Shown here: positions 9,777-20,248 of the stretch, piece after piece | Numbering within the stretch: the stretch's first letter is position 1 | Layout: each line of letters begins with the position of its first letter | Origin: Candidatus Magasanikiibacteriota bacterium | GTDB lineage: Bacteria; Patescibacteriota; Patescibacteriia; Magasanikbacterales; UBA922 | Direction of reading: 5' to 3' | NCBI GenBank assembly: GCA_052033375.1 | Contig: JBPOJQ010000004.1 | Span: forward strand, 1-61,269 | Length of the DNA: 61,269 bases | Notes under the pieces: model-generated | Told to the model about the DNA's origin: nothing | The model's database searches: none | The model's input: the letters and a program-made list of their open reading frames with translations, nothing else | Program-made: the position numbers and the translations under genes

Positions 9777-10109
9777 TCATCCCTGTAGGTAGCGAGAAAT
9801 CTGCACTTCCAGCTCACCCCATCCAGGACAGATATACCCGCCACCGTGTCCGCCCACCTTGACACTCACACGGGTAGGCCCGTGCAAATGCTCAGGTCTC
9901 CTCATATCGGTGGGCATTCTGACCTCCCACCCTTCGATGTACACACCCCAGAAGAGACTATGCGCCTCTCGAACTCTCTTCACCTTGTCGGCCCAGATCT
10001 CGACCTCGGTACCATCTTTCAGCCGGATTCTGACAGCGCTATTGGGCGCTGTACACCGGAGATGTTTGTGGCCTTCGAAATAGGCATATCCATCTGAAGG
10101 AAACTTCAT
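9777..10109 (-). CDS. GC-rich ORFan (110 aa)
   Basis: ATG 10109 after a gagggggg SD-like run; TTGACA at 10197-10202 with CATTAT 17 nt downstream. Confidence 0.6.
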   Translation of the reverse strand: MKFPSDGYAYFEGHKHLRCTAPNSAVRIRLKDGTEVEIWADKVKRVREAHSLFWGVYIEGWEVRMPTDMRRPEHLHGPTRVSVKVGGHGGGYICPGWGELEVQISRYLQG

Positions 10110-10263
10110 ACCCCCCTCTTGTTCAAAGCGAACACCCATGTCGTATGGGTAACCGATCCGCTCAAAACAATATATAATGGCATTTTTTTCTTTATTTGTC
10201 AAGTATCTCGCATAACCAGTGCTACTTATTGAACAGCCAGCATATCCCTACCTATACTCTCTA

Positions 10264-13200
10264 TCACCAAGAGAATAGATTTTGTGGGAACCAATTTTTA
10301 TTCGGAAAAAATACTGGATATAGATCAAAAAAATTCTCCCTACTCATGCGATTATGGGTAACGACTGAACCCTGATTTGATTCCACGACATAATCCATTT
10401 TTTTGAAATTCACATTTTCTATATACCCCACTGATTGAGTATTCAGGACTAATCCATAATCCAAAAAATTACTCAATTTATTATAGCTCGTATTCCACCC
10501 CATTTCTGTATCCCGTACGTCCACACTTCCATTCCTTACTACCATAATCCCCCCTGGTCGCCGTGCATCAATCAACTGAGAATGTGAAATTGAAACCGTC
10601 GCCCCATCAATCCATATCATGTAGGGACGAGACGAAGAAAATGGATAGCCCGAAATGCTTTGAAAATATCCTCCTCCACGAATCTTCACATGTGACAGAT
10701 CTCCCGAACTTCCTGGTAAAAACAAAATATGAGAAAAAGTAGATGAAGACGATGCGCCGCCCGCAATTTCACTTACATTACCATTCTCACCCCCACTTAG
10801 AGTCCCTTGTATTTTTATTTCTCTTGCATATACATTACCCCCATCAAGTATCAGATGTGCTCCAGATGTCACAAATACCGTGGAAAATTCAAATCTATGA
10901 TGTGGTGTAAGTGTATAAGAACTTGTAACAATGAGTGTCGGACTATATGCATATGAAGGAGAGTTTTCCAAAAACTGAATGTCTTCCCATGTGCTCGGCA
11001 TTTTTTCCTCAAAATAAACTACCTTATCTAATACATCGAAATCATTTATTTTGACTGATGTTGCTTGTACTTCTGTTTTTCCACCACTATGCAACGCACG
11101 TTTCCCATGATGAAATTGTATATTTTTTAAATACACTGTCCCACCATTTGAATACACCAATGTGTCTGGTCCGGCCCCAGAACCCAATTCAAATCCATTC
11201 CCAATGTCAACATCCTGCAATACCACATCTCCACCCAAATTGGTTATTACTTGCGACCGACTACATCCCTGACAGAATGCGCTTGTACCAAATCTATTCC
11301 CACCATATTTTAATACGCCATGTTCAATAGTTAATGTTCCACCCTCTCCTACCTCTATATTTTGCCAATCTCCCGGCTGCGCCACACCCGACGTAAATAT
11401 ATTTGAAAATAATGTACTGGTCACCACTATTTCTTGGTCATACCTGGAAGTAAGTATAATCGGATCATGTTCATTTCCTTTCAGTATCAATTCACCTTGT
11501 ACATTTATTCTTGACTCTGGACTCACGCCTACAAATACAACCCCAGCCCCCACATGTACAGACTCATTTTCAGCTATGGTGATACTAGAAAATAAATGTG
11601 GATTTTCCTCTTGCAAAAATACCACATTCCCCTCACTATTTCTCGGATAAAAACCTATTGTTTCATCTGAAATAAATGCGTATCCATTATTTGCCATTCC
11701 TGGACTACCTGTAATTTGTCCACAATTTCCTGAGTGCACCCCGTATCGTACTGAATCACTCGTATTCCATGTACTTGTCCCAACACCACGCTCAAGTGTA
11801 TGTGGAAATTGTCCCGAATCCCCTGCTAACCATCCATTCGCTTGATCTATCTCATCTACTATTTCTCCATCTTGATTTTTTAATATCAGTCTCGCACCAC
11901 CATCTGGAATATGTATATATTGTGGCAACTCCATATCTGGAGTGACAAATGTAGAAAATATATCTGTATGTGAAATTAGATAATAGCTATTTCCCCCAAT
12001 TGATCCAGCCAGTGTCAGTGTACTCGTAGCTTCGAATTCGTGTATATCGAGTGTCCAATTTTCAAGTGAGTATGCTGTACTTGAAGCATTATATATTTCA
12101 ATCCACTCACGATCAGCGCATATCCCACTTGACCCAGACCACGCAACTTCATTGAACATAATTTCCTGACGTATGTCTGGTACATTCTCAATTTCTACAC
12201 CCCCGCCCCCCTCTACCACCTCGCCTATCGGGGAATGTTCATCTTCTTTTATGGGGGGATTCTCTACAGCATCTTCTATTACAGTTTGTGTACTTTCATT
12301 CGGAGAAGATCTACTACCACGACCCCCACCAAAAATTCGAGGTACTCGCGTAATCACATCCACCACTGTATCAACAACAGTTTCTGCAATTTCTTTTATC
12401 CCACGCACCAATCCCCCAATCACTGATACTTTTTCTGTATTCACAGCCTCATCTGTATGTTCTGGTGAAACAGAAAGCATAATTTCTACCACCTCATCCC
12501 CAATCTGTTTCCACGTACCCACCTCGACCACCATACATGGGATCACATACTCCCCCTCATCCAACCCGCTAATGGTAAAAGTGAACGTCCCTGATTCACC
12601 CGCCTCAACAACTGTCTGATCAAGTAATGCCGGACGTAAATCTGTAACCCAAGATGGATGACGAAATACCGCAGACACTTTACGCCCACCCACAATATTT
12701 AATGAAACCGTGTTCTTTTTCCACGCAGTCTTACCACTATTTTTTGCTCTCACAGTGACTGTCACCTCTGTATGGGGAGTAGATGTCACATTGAACTTTT
12801 TTTCATGAAATGACACCCCCAACTCAGACACCGTATCTTTTTCCTGAGATACTCCATACGCCACCTCTGCAGGGTGTTCTGTGGACACAAATATATTTTT
12901 TATACCATTCCATATAGTAGACGCGTGTGTATGATTCGTATTTTTTTCCACACTTTCTACCATCATCGGTTGTGGCGGGTCATTCAACCATAGATGTTTC
13001 TCCCCCATTCCACGATATGATGTATTCGGTGGATAGAATTGTTTCGTCTGATATAAATCATAACTATCCACCCGCCCGGTCGAGTACGCACCTTTCGTCA
13101 CCTCGAAATGTAGGTGCACATTATCAGTACCCGAGGCACCGCACGTACCAATATAGTCGCCTGTTTTTACTTTGGTCCACTCTGTGTAATTAGTATTATT

Positions 13201-13596
13201 TCTTTTTTCAGTAGAATAGTGTGTTATCGTATCTGCGGTTGTATCCAAATGTCCATACAGAGTAGCGTACCCATTTTCATGTCTAATTAACACAAAATTT
13301 CCATATCCCCTCTGTATGAGCAAGTCAAGCTGGACCGAAGACATGGCCACCCCATCAAAAGCGGCATATACAGGTTCTCCTATTTCACAGTCATAATCAA
13401 TTGCCCCATGATTTTTATTACCGTTCACCACCACTGTATAATACCAACCCTGTAGCAGTCTCACGCTCGAAGCCAGCGGTACTGTCAAAAATTTTTCCAC
13501 TGATTCTTCTGCAAAAACTACAGGTGATACACGATGCAAAGAAAAATACACAACAAAAAAAATAATACAAAAAACTTTATGCCCCCTCCTACACAT
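10264..13596 (-). CDS. Secreted M23 peptidase multidomain protein: M23 + Ig-like + lamin-tail-like + beta-helix region
   Basis: Signal peptide; HGAIDY..YGNFVLIRH..TLYGHL..HLHFEV (M23 HxxxD/HxH); FNEVAWSG..EWIEIYN (LTD); PGDWQNI..I.HGVLKYGG beta-helix-like repeats. Confidence 0.85.
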   Translation of the reverse strand: MCRRGHKVFCIIFFVVYFSLHRVSPVVFAEESVEKFLTVPLASSVRLLQGWYYTVVVNGNKNHGAIDYDCEIGEPVYAAFDGVAMSSVQLDLLIQRGYGNFVLIRHENGYATLYGHLDTTADTITHYSTEKRNNTNYTEWTKVKTGDYIGTCGASGTDNVHLHFEVTKGAYSTGRVDSYDLYQTKQFYPPNTSYRGMGEKHLWLNDPPQPMMVESVEKNTNHTHASTIWNGIKNIFVSTEHPAEVAYGVSQEKDTVSELGVSFHEKKFNVTSTPHTEVTVTVRAKNSGKTAWKKNTVSLNIVGGRKVSAVFRHPSWVTDLRPALLDQTVVEAGESGTFTFTISGLDEGEYVIPCMVVEVGTWKQIGDEVVEIMLSVSPEHTDEAVNTEKVSVIGGLVRGIKEIAETVVDTVVDVITRVPRIFGGGRGSRSSPNESTQTVIEDAVENPPIKEDEHSPIGEVVEGGGGVEIENVPDIRQEIMFNEVAWSGSSGICADREWIEIYNASSTAYSLENWTLDIHEFEATSTLTLAGSIGGNSYYLISHTDIFSTFVTPDMELPQYIHIPDGGARLILKNQDGEIVDEIDQANGWLAGDSGQFPHTLERGVGTSTWNTSDSVRYGVHSGNCGQITGSPGMANNGYAFISDETIGFYPRNSEGNVVFLQEENPHLFSSITIAENESVHVGAGVVFVGVSPESRINVQGELILKGNEHDPIILTSRYDQEIVVTSTLFSNIFTSGVAQPGDWQNIEVGEGGTLTIEHGVLKYGGNRFGTSAFCQGCSRSQVITNLGGDVVLQDVDIGNGFELGSGAGPDTLVYSNGGTVYLKNIQFHHGKRALHSGGKTEVQATSVKINDFDVLDKVVYFEEKMPSTWEDIQFLENSPSYAYSPTLIVTSSYTLTPHHRFEFSTVFVTSGAHLILDGGNVYAREIKIQGTLSGGENGNVSEIAGGASSSSTFSHILFLPGSSGDLSHVKIRGGGYFQSISGYPFSSSRPYMIWIDGATVSISHSQLIDARRPGGIMVVRNGSVDVRDTEMGWNTSYNKLSNFLDYGLVLNTQSVGYIENVNFKKMDYVVESNQGSVVTHNRMSRENFFDLYPVFFPNKNWFPQNLFSW

Positions 13597-13614
13597 ATAT
13601 TTTGTAATTAAATT

Positions 13615-14172
13615 TTATTTAATAATTTTAATACTTTCTACATATGCACCGGCATATTCCTCTCCAAGCAATGTTATGCCGACAACAAATGAATTGTTTG
13701 TAAAAAAATAGTTGAAATATTCTCCTTCCCCCTCTACTGGTATTTTTACCATCTCTACATCTCCCACCCTGCTTTTTTCTCGCTTATCATACAAAAGAAA
13801 AAAATTCTTAGCATGCTCATCAGCTAGCCATGCATCCAAAGAAAGATCATCTTTGTTTTCAAAAATACGTATTCCCCCTACAATTGGTACGTCTGATTCT
13901 GAACTTTGAAATAATACTCTCTCACCCTCTGTTTTCAGACTCACGCCATGAGGGACAACCATCTCATAGTGTGCACGGTCATCTCTCAAAATTCTTTTTC
14001 CTTCTTTTTCGATAACATTCACCCCGCTCGGGAGAGATACTTCCGAAACACGAGAAATGGTATCTTCTTGCGGAATACGTACCTTCTCGAGACTCACAAA
14101 ATACGCTATTACACTAAACGAAAAAACAAAAAACAATCCAAACATAAATCCGATTGCTGTTCCCCTCCCCAT
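13615..14172 (-). CDS. Hypothetical protein with N-terminal TM anchor
   Basis: 185-aa ORF co-oriented with its neighbours; hydrophobic N-terminus. Confidence 0.7.
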   Translation of the reverse strand: MGRGTAIGFMFGLFFVFSFSVIAYFVSLEKVRIPQEDTISRVSEVSLPSGVNVIEKEGKRILRDDRAHYEMVVPHGVSLKTEGERVLFQSSESDVPIVGGIRIFENKDDLSLDAWLADEHAKNFFLLYDKREKSRVGDVEMVKIPVEGEGEYFNYFFTNNSFVVGITLLGEEYAGAYVESIKIIK

Positions 14173-14221
14173 ATAATTTTTTTTAAAACTCTATACCACA
14201 AAGAGTATAGATCTAAATTAC

Positions 14222-14548
14222 TTAGTTTTCTTTTCGAGACTTCACTTTTCTTCCTGCAAGCTTCTCATCAAGTTTATCTGATAATTTACTTACTACAAAT
14301 TTTTCAAACAGCCCTGACGCAATTCCTGATACTGCTCCGAGATGGCTCGACATATTATCCACTTTTTTTCGTATAAATTCTACTGCATTTGATATTAATT
14401 CCATCTTTTCAAGCGCAGTTTCTACAATTCTATTTACATTCCGGAGTGTACGCCCTGCCTGATACATGAGCCAGCACAAAAATACGGTAAACCAGATAAT
14501 CGCAAGTGAAAGCACTACATATAATAAATCGCGGCTTGTTTCAAACAT
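14222..14548 (-). CDS. Hypothetical membrane protein with coiled coil (108 aa)
   Basis: MFETSRDLLYVVLSLAIIWFTVFLCW TM followed by an amphipathic helix; start reassigned to 14548. Confidence 0.75.
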   Translation of the reverse strand: MFETSRDLLYVVLSLAIIWFTVFLCWLMYQAGRTLRNVNRIVETALEKMELISNAVEFIRKKVDNMSSHLGAVSGIASGLFEKFVVSKLSDKLDEKLAGRKVKSRKEN

Positions 14549-14731
14549 AGACAGGCATACAAAGTTAATAAATACAGTATACCATAATTTTTTGATCAAA
14601 AATAAACACACCCGAAATTGGGTGTGTATAAGTAGATTTTTTTAACATTTACTGAATTATGTAGTCCTCATTGAAACTCTAATTTCTTTATTGTTTACTA
14701 CTGCAAGATACATAGAGGACGCTGTCATAAC

Positions 14732-17197
14732 TTATTTTCTAATGTCTGCTTTGAATTTTTCTGTAAGCATTGTTTCAACCACATGATGAGCGGCATCAAT
14801 CTCTGAAGCTTCCAGTGTCTTATCTCTCGACTGATAGGTAATCCGGTATGCCATACTCTTTTTCCCTTCGCCTACCTTTTTCCCTTCAAACACATCAAAC
14901 AATGTTACTGCGGTGATAAGTGGATGAGCTACAGTGAGTGCTGCATCTATATCTCGATGGAACACTGACGTTGGCACCACACACGCGACATCACGAACAA
15001 CAGCGGGATACACCGACAGTGAGCGATAATCCACATGCGGTGCGGAATATTCAGACAACACTCGTATATTTAATTCCGCATATGCGACCCGATCGACAAA
15101 TCCATACTCCTGTGCAATTTTCGGATGTAATTCATATACGTCACCCACATATTCACCTGATAGGGTTACCACTCTTGCGATTCGTCCTGGATGCTGTAAT
15201 GCCCCTGATCCAACTGTAGGCTCCAATGCTAGTGCAACTCCGAGCGACATTCCGACTTCTCGTACCGCTTCAGATACTACGAAGAATGGTGTGTGTTCAC
15301 CTTTTTTGAGATAGGCAATCCCAAGCATCACATCTTGTCGTGGTAATAAATCACTTCCACTCCCAGATACGCGCGGGCCAGCCTCCTCTTTCAGATAAAT
15401 TTTTCCAATCTCATATACCTTTATTTCATCATGCGTATGGGAATTACGTTCCACCAATTCTAATATATTCGGCAATAAACTCCGACGAAGATATGGACGA
15501 TCGCTTGCAATTGGATTATTGAGTTCAATATGAGCGGAAACATCCAATCGTAATAATTCAATCACTCGAGGTGAGATAAATGAATAATTGAGCGTCTCTG
15601 AAAATCCAAGTGTTGCGGAAAGTGTCGTGCGGATAGCTCTTTCTGCTATTTTCGTTTCATTCCGCTCTGGTGGCGTAATTGCAAATACAGGTAATTTCGT
15701 CTCCACATTTCCATAACCATACATCCGAGCTATTTCTTCGATAATGTCTTCAGGAATCGCAATATCTTTCGTCCCCCTCCAACTCGGTACTGTCACAGTA
15801 AGTGTTTCGTGTTCTTTTTTCCCCTGAATAGTGACGCCAAAACCAAGATTTTCTAAAATCCGCACACATTCTTTCGTCGGGATACTTGCTCCGATTTTAT
15901 TATCAATAAATTCTTTGGTGATACGTATCGGCCCAGTAAAGGTAGCGGGTTTTCCTTTTTCCGCAACAGTACTTACCACACGTGCACCTGGACATACTTC
16001 GAAAACTAATTCAATCGCTCGAGCCAGTGCAGGTAGACAATTGGTAGGATCCAGACTTTTCTCAAATCGAGCAGACGAATCCGTACGCAGCCCGAGTGCG
16101 GTCGTAGTTTTCCGTATTAATGTGGGATCGAAATGTGCTGCTTCAAAAATAATTGACGTGGTAGTTTCGGTTATTTCAGTTTCTTTCCCCCCCATAATTC
16201 CCGCGAGTGCAAGCGGTTTTTCACTATCCGCAATAACGAGCATATCTTCTGTCAGCCTTCGTTGTTTTCCATCAATTGTCACCAATTCTTCTCCTGGGCG
16301 TGCCCTTCTCACTGAAATTTCAACTTTTGATTTTTGATTTTTGATTTTTGCGCTGTCGAATGCGTGCATGGGTTGTCCCAAATCACACATTACAAAATTG
16401 GTAATATCAACAATATTATTAATTGGGCGAATTCCTATCGCACGAAGACGTGCTTGCATTTTTTCAGGAGACGGTCCGATGACAACACCCTCAAGTGCGA
16501 CTGCACTATATTTCATCGAGTCAGATACATTTTCAATAGTCACTTTTATTTTCTTTTCATTACCTTCCTTTATTTGGGCAACTGAATATGGTGCGCATTT
16601 CTTTCTATATTTTGCAGCAATTTCTCTTGCTATACCATAATGCCCCCATAGATCTGGCCTATGATTGACCGATTTATTATCAATTTCAATTACTACATCA
16701 TTTAATTCCAATGCCTCAGCAAGCGGAGTACCCGGTTTTGCTTTTATTTTTGACAAATCTGCAATTTCTTTTTCTTCTTTTTTTGGAAACATCTCCGCGA
16801 GACCTACTTCATCAGCACCGCAAATCATTCCATATGAATCCACGCCCCGAATTTTCGTTTGTTTTAATTCTACGAGCTCTCCTTCGCCATGCCATTTGAC
16901 ACGAGCACCAATTTTTCCAAGTATCACCTTCATTCCTTCGCGCACGTTTGACCCCCCGCATACAATCTGAATAATTTCAGTTCCTGCATCCACGTCACAA
17001 ATTTTGAGTGAATCAGCATTTTCATGTTTTCGAACTTTCTGTATGACACCCACTACTATATTTTCAAATGCATGGGACTGATGATGTATACCCTCCACTT
17101 CAACCGTAGACATGGTCAACGCTAAACCAAGTTCTTCAGGAGACAGAGAATCGGGAAGATCTACATATTGTTTGAGCCACTTATACGAAAGTAACAT
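14732..17197 (-). CDS. pheT: Phenylalanine--tRNA ligase beta subunit
   Basis: MLLSYKWL, tRNA-binding domain, NRPDLWGHYGIARE-like motif, GIRPINNIVDITN, GQPMHAFD, FDX-ACB C-terminus. Confidence 0.97.
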   Translation of the reverse strand: MLLSYKWLKQYVDLPDSLSPEELGLALTMSTVEVEGIHHQSHAFENIVVGVIQKVRKHENADSLKICDVDAGTEIIQIVCGGSNVREGMKVILGKIGARVKWHGEGELVELKQTKIRGVDSYGMICGADEVGLAEMFPKKEEKEIADLSKIKAKPGTPLAEALELNDVVIEIDNKSVNHRPDLWGHYGIAREIAAKYRKKCAPYSVAQIKEGNEKKIKVTIENVSDSMKYSAVALEGVVIGPSPEKMQARLRAIGIRPINNIVDITNFVMCDLGQPMHAFDSAKIKNQKSKVEISVRRARPGEELVTIDGKQRRLTEDMLVIADSEKPLALAGIMGGKETEITETTTSIIFEAAHFDPTLIRKTTTALGLRTDSSARFEKSLDPTNCLPALARAIELVFEVCPGARVVSTVAEKGKPATFTGPIRITKEFIDNKIGASIPTKECVRILENLGFGVTIQGKKEHETLTVTVPSWRGTKDIAIPEDIIEEIARMYGYGNVETKLPVFAITPPERNETKIAERAIRTTLSATLGFSETLNYSFISPRVIELLRLDVSAHIELNNPIASDRPYLRRSLLPNILELVERNSHTHDEIKVYEIGKIYLKEEAGPRVSGSGSDLLPRQDVMLGIAYLKKGEHTPFFVVSEAVREVGMSLGVALALEPTVGSGALQHPGRIARVVTLSGEYVGDVYELHPKIAQEYGFVDRVAYAELNIRVLSEYSAPHVDYRSLSVYPAVVRDVACVVPTSVFHRDIDAALTVAHPLITAVTLFDVFEGKKVGEGKKSMAYRITYQSRDKTLEASEIDAAHHVVETMLTEKFKADIRK
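16324..16350. repeat. Heptamer microsatellite (TTTTTGA)n inside pheT
   Basis: cttttga tttttga tttttga tttttg, encoding AKIKNQKSK. Confidence 0.85.
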
Positions 17198-17236
17198 ATT
17201 TTAATGTTGAAATTTGAGTTTTGAATTTAACTATAT

Positions 17237-18295
17237 CTAAAATTGTTCCAAAAAACTTAAACTCCCTGCATGGAGGTGCCGTATATCTTCGATCCCATAT
17301 TTCTGCATACACAAACGCATTGAGCCGAGACCGAATGCAAACCCTGTCCACTCTTTTGGATCCAATCCTCCAGCCTCAATGACTCGTGGATGCACCAATC
17401 CACATGGCAATGTTTCAATCCAACCACTATGTTTACACGCGCCACAGCCAACACCGCCACACACGAGACATTTCATATCCAACTCAAACCCAGGTTCGAC
17501 AAATGGAAAATAACCTGGACGTAAACGGACTTCAACGTCCTTGCGAAGAACGCCTCGTAATAATTCTTTCATGACCCCAATTAGATTTCCGACTGAAATA
17601 TTCTTATCAATCACCAAACCTTCCATTTGGTAAAACGTATGTTCATGACTTGCATCTGTCGACTCATTTCTAAAACAACGTCCTGAAACTACTGCACGCA
17701 AAGGTGCTCCATATTTTTGCATTGCACGAATCTGTACCGGACTTGTATGTGTACGCATGACCCACTGTGGGTGATCTTTGATAAAAAAAGTATCTTGCGA
17801 ATCACGAGCAGGATGATTTTTTGAAATATTGAGAGCATCAAAATTATAATATTCACTCTCGAGCTCCGGTCCATCAAGTAACACAAAACCCATTGAAGTG
17901 CAGAGATCTTCAAGCTCTGTGTGTACAATCGACATTGGGTGTAGATGACCTTTCTTTGCACCATGAAGACGTGGCTGTGTAACATCAATCATCTCACTCT
18001 CTCCGAGAGACTCCCACACCTTATTTTCAAACTCATGTTTTTTTGCTTCAAATTCAGATTCAATCGCTTTTTTTACTTCATTTATTTTTTGTCCAAAAAT
18101 CTTACGCTGGGCATCTGATATACCACCTTCACTGCTGATAATATGTTTTGTAAGTAAGGTAAATGTCCCTGTCTTTCTGGAAAAAAAACGATCACGTACT
18201 GCATCAAGCTCAGTAAGTGACGTCACTTTTTTGACTGCTGCAATTGCTTCTTTTTTAATTTTGTCTAATTGTTCAATCATATTTTTCAAGTTCAT
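17237..18295 (-). CDS. pheS: Phenylalanine--tRNA ligase alpha subunit
   Basis: GHLHP, NFDALNI..HPARD.QDTF, MRTHTSPVQIR, FPFVEP, GFAFGLG. Confidence 0.97.
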   Translation of the reverse strand: MNLKNMIEQLDKIKKEAIAAVKKVTSLTELDAVRDRFFSRKTGTFTLLTKHIISSEGGISDAQRKIFGQKINEVKKAIESEFEAKKHEFENKVWESLGESEMIDVTQPRLHGAKKGHLHPMSIVHTELEDLCTSMGFVLLDGPELESEYYNFDALNISKNHPARDSQDTFFIKDHPQWVMRTHTSPVQIRAMQKYGAPLRAVVSGRCFRNESTDASHEHTFYQMEGLVIDKNISVGNLIGVMKELLRGVLRKDVEVRLRPGYFPFVEPGFELDMKCLVCGGVGCGACKHSGWIETLPCGLVHPRVIEAGGLDPKEWTGFAFGLGSMRLCMQKYGIEDIRHLHAGSLSFLEQF

Positions 18296-18360
18296 GGCGA
18301 GAAAGCCGACGGTCGGTAGAACATATACATTCTCCTACGATTGGATTCTTTGCCATTGCT

Positions 18361-18379
18361 TGCCTGTCAGCAGACAGGG
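18361..18379. repeat. Short palindromic REP-like element between rseP and pheS
   Basis: cctgtc-agca-gacagg; resembles the cctgtctgccgacaggcagg-type repeats I recall from CPR genomes. Confidence 0.4.
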
Positions 18380-18394
18380 CTCTGAACTATAAAG

Positions 18395-19564
18395 TTAAAA
18401 TAATTTTGCAATATCTCTCCAGGTAACTACCACCACCAGTGCCATCAATAATACAAATCCAATCGTATGTGCGAGCTGTTCGTATTTCATAGAAACCGGA
18501 CGTCTGATAATTTTTTCAATGATAATAAAGAGGATTCTTCCACCATCGAGTGCTGGTATCGGCAAAATATTAATCGCAGCAAGACTCAATGAAAGCATCG
18601 CGATAACATTCAACACATAATGGAAACCTAATTTTGCACTCTGTCCCACAATCTGGGCAATACCCACCGGACCCGCGATATCAAACATAAGTCCATGTCC
18701 CGTAACAAGACTCACTATCAGATAATAAAATGAGACAAAGATAGTCACTAGCCCAATCCCTGCAGCAACAAAACCCTTGTATAGCGCAATATACCACGGA
18801 TATCTGATAATTCCCGCTTCCGTAATCGCTATTCCGAGGCGGGGTATCGTATCACCTGCTGCTATTACTGGACGAAGTTGTATATCGAGTTCTTCTTGAC
18901 CACGGACAATATGTACAACAACCTCTGTATCTCCGTGTTCTTGTATATATTCAATCAGATCACGCGCTCCTGCGACAGCGACCCCATCAACAGAAATAAT
19001 TTTGTCCCCAAACACCATACCAGCAGTGTCTGCTGGCAGCCCTTCTTCGACTGACTCGACGATTACACTTGGAGGCTCGACAATGTATGCGTGTTTATCA
19101 ACTCCTTGAGAAAGATCAGTAGGCAACCCAATCATAAACCCAAATCCAAGGACTACCGCTGCCAATAATACATTCATAATCACACCTGCTGAAAGCACGA
19201 GTATTCGTTTCCACGCTTTGTGATATCCAAAACTGTTTTGTTCTTGAGCTTTTTCACCATTTTCTCCTTTAATTCGGACAAATCCTCCTAATGGAAGCCA
19301 ATTCACCGACCAGAGCATGCCTGGAAACTCACCACTCTGTTCATTCCCTGCAACAGTCTCTTTGAGACTACTTTTCCCACGTCCCCATATCCATACTATT
19401 TTCTTAGTTTTTGGATCACGATACCACCCAAACGCACGAGGCGGATAGCCAAAACCGAATTCATGAACCTTGATACCAAATTTTTTTGCCGTAATGTAGT
19501 GTCCCCATTCATGTGCGATCACTAAAATACCTAAAATTACAATAAACAATACGATAGTTGTCAT
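18395..19564 (-). CDS. rseP: RIP metalloprotease RseP (M50 + PDZ)
   Basis: HEWGH, LPLGGFVRIKGE, LSAGVIMN, NILPIPALDGG. Confidence 0.95.
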   Translation of the reverse strand: MTTIVLFIVILGILVIAHEWGHYITAKKFGIKVHEFGFGYPPRAFGWYRDPKTKKIVWIWGRGKSSLKETVAGNEQSGEFPGMLWSVNWLPLGGFVRIKGENGEKAQEQNSFGYHKAWKRILVLSAGVIMNVLLAAVVLGFGFMIGLPTDLSQGVDKHAYIVEPPSVIVESVEEGLPADTAGMVFGDKIISVDGVAVAGARDLIEYIQEHGDTEVVVHIVRGQEELDIQLRPVIAAGDTIPRLGIAITEAGIIRYPWYIALYKGFVAAGIGLVTIFVSFYYLIVSLVTGHGLMFDIAGPVGIAQIVGQSAKLGFHYVLNVIAMLSLSLAAINILPIPALDGGRILFIIIEKIIRRPVSMKYEQLAHTIGFVLLMALVVVVTWRDIAKLF

Positions 19565-19677
19565 AAGAGAAGGTGTATTGACTAGAGACTTAAGTTACCC
19601 TACACTATTACTATACTCATACAGTATTCCATATATAGATCTTTTTTTCAATACTTGTTTTATTTATATTTAACTTT

Positions 19678-20247
19678 TTGAATATGCCTCTCTTAGCAAT
19701 TTTACTAATTGTTGCAGGTGTTATAGTGCTTTGGGTAATTGCTCTATACAACAGTCTTATTCGGTTACGCAATCGAACACAGGAAGGCTGGAGTGATATT
19801 GATGTACAGCTCAAACGACGTCATGATCTGATCCCGAATTTGATTGAAAGTGTCAAGGGATATATGAAACATGAGCGAGAACTGCTTGAAAATGTTACCA
19901 AATACCGAACTGCTGCAATGTCTGCCCAAGACAGCGGAGATACTAAAGCACTTGCCTCAGCTGAGAGCATGCTTGGAAGTACTCTCGGAAAATTACAGAT
20001 CGCTGTTGAAGCATATCCAGACCTCAAAGCAAATACGAATGTTGCACAATTGATGGATGAATTATCTGACACTGAAAACAAAATTCAAGCATCACGACGC
20101 TTCTACAACGGCATGGTACGTGATTTCAATACTAAAATTGAATCATTCCCAAATAACATGATTGCCGGTCAGCTCAAGTTCACTAAGTTTGAATATTTTG
20201 AAATTGAGGATGCGAAAGAGCGAGAGAATGTAAAAGTGCAGTTCTAA
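19678..20247 (+). CDS. lemA: LemA family protein
   Basis: YNSLIRLRN..WSDIDVQLKRRHDLIPNL, EAYPDLKAN, SRRFYNG. Confidence 0.95.
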   Translation: MNMPLLAILLIVAGVIVLWVIALYNSLIRLRNRTQEGWSDIDVQLKRRHDLIPNLIESVKGYMKHERELLENVTKYRTAAMSAQDSGDTKALASAESMLGSTLGKLQIAVEAYPDLKANTNVAQLMDELSDTENKIQASRRFYNGMVRDFNTKIESFPNNMIAGQLKFTKFEYFEIEDAKERENVKVQF

Positions 20248-20248
20248 A

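Noticed and set aside
18296-18394. T-box riboswitch upstream of pheS
   Set aside because: The spacer is too short and has no T-box consensus or specifier stem; only a short palindrome is present.
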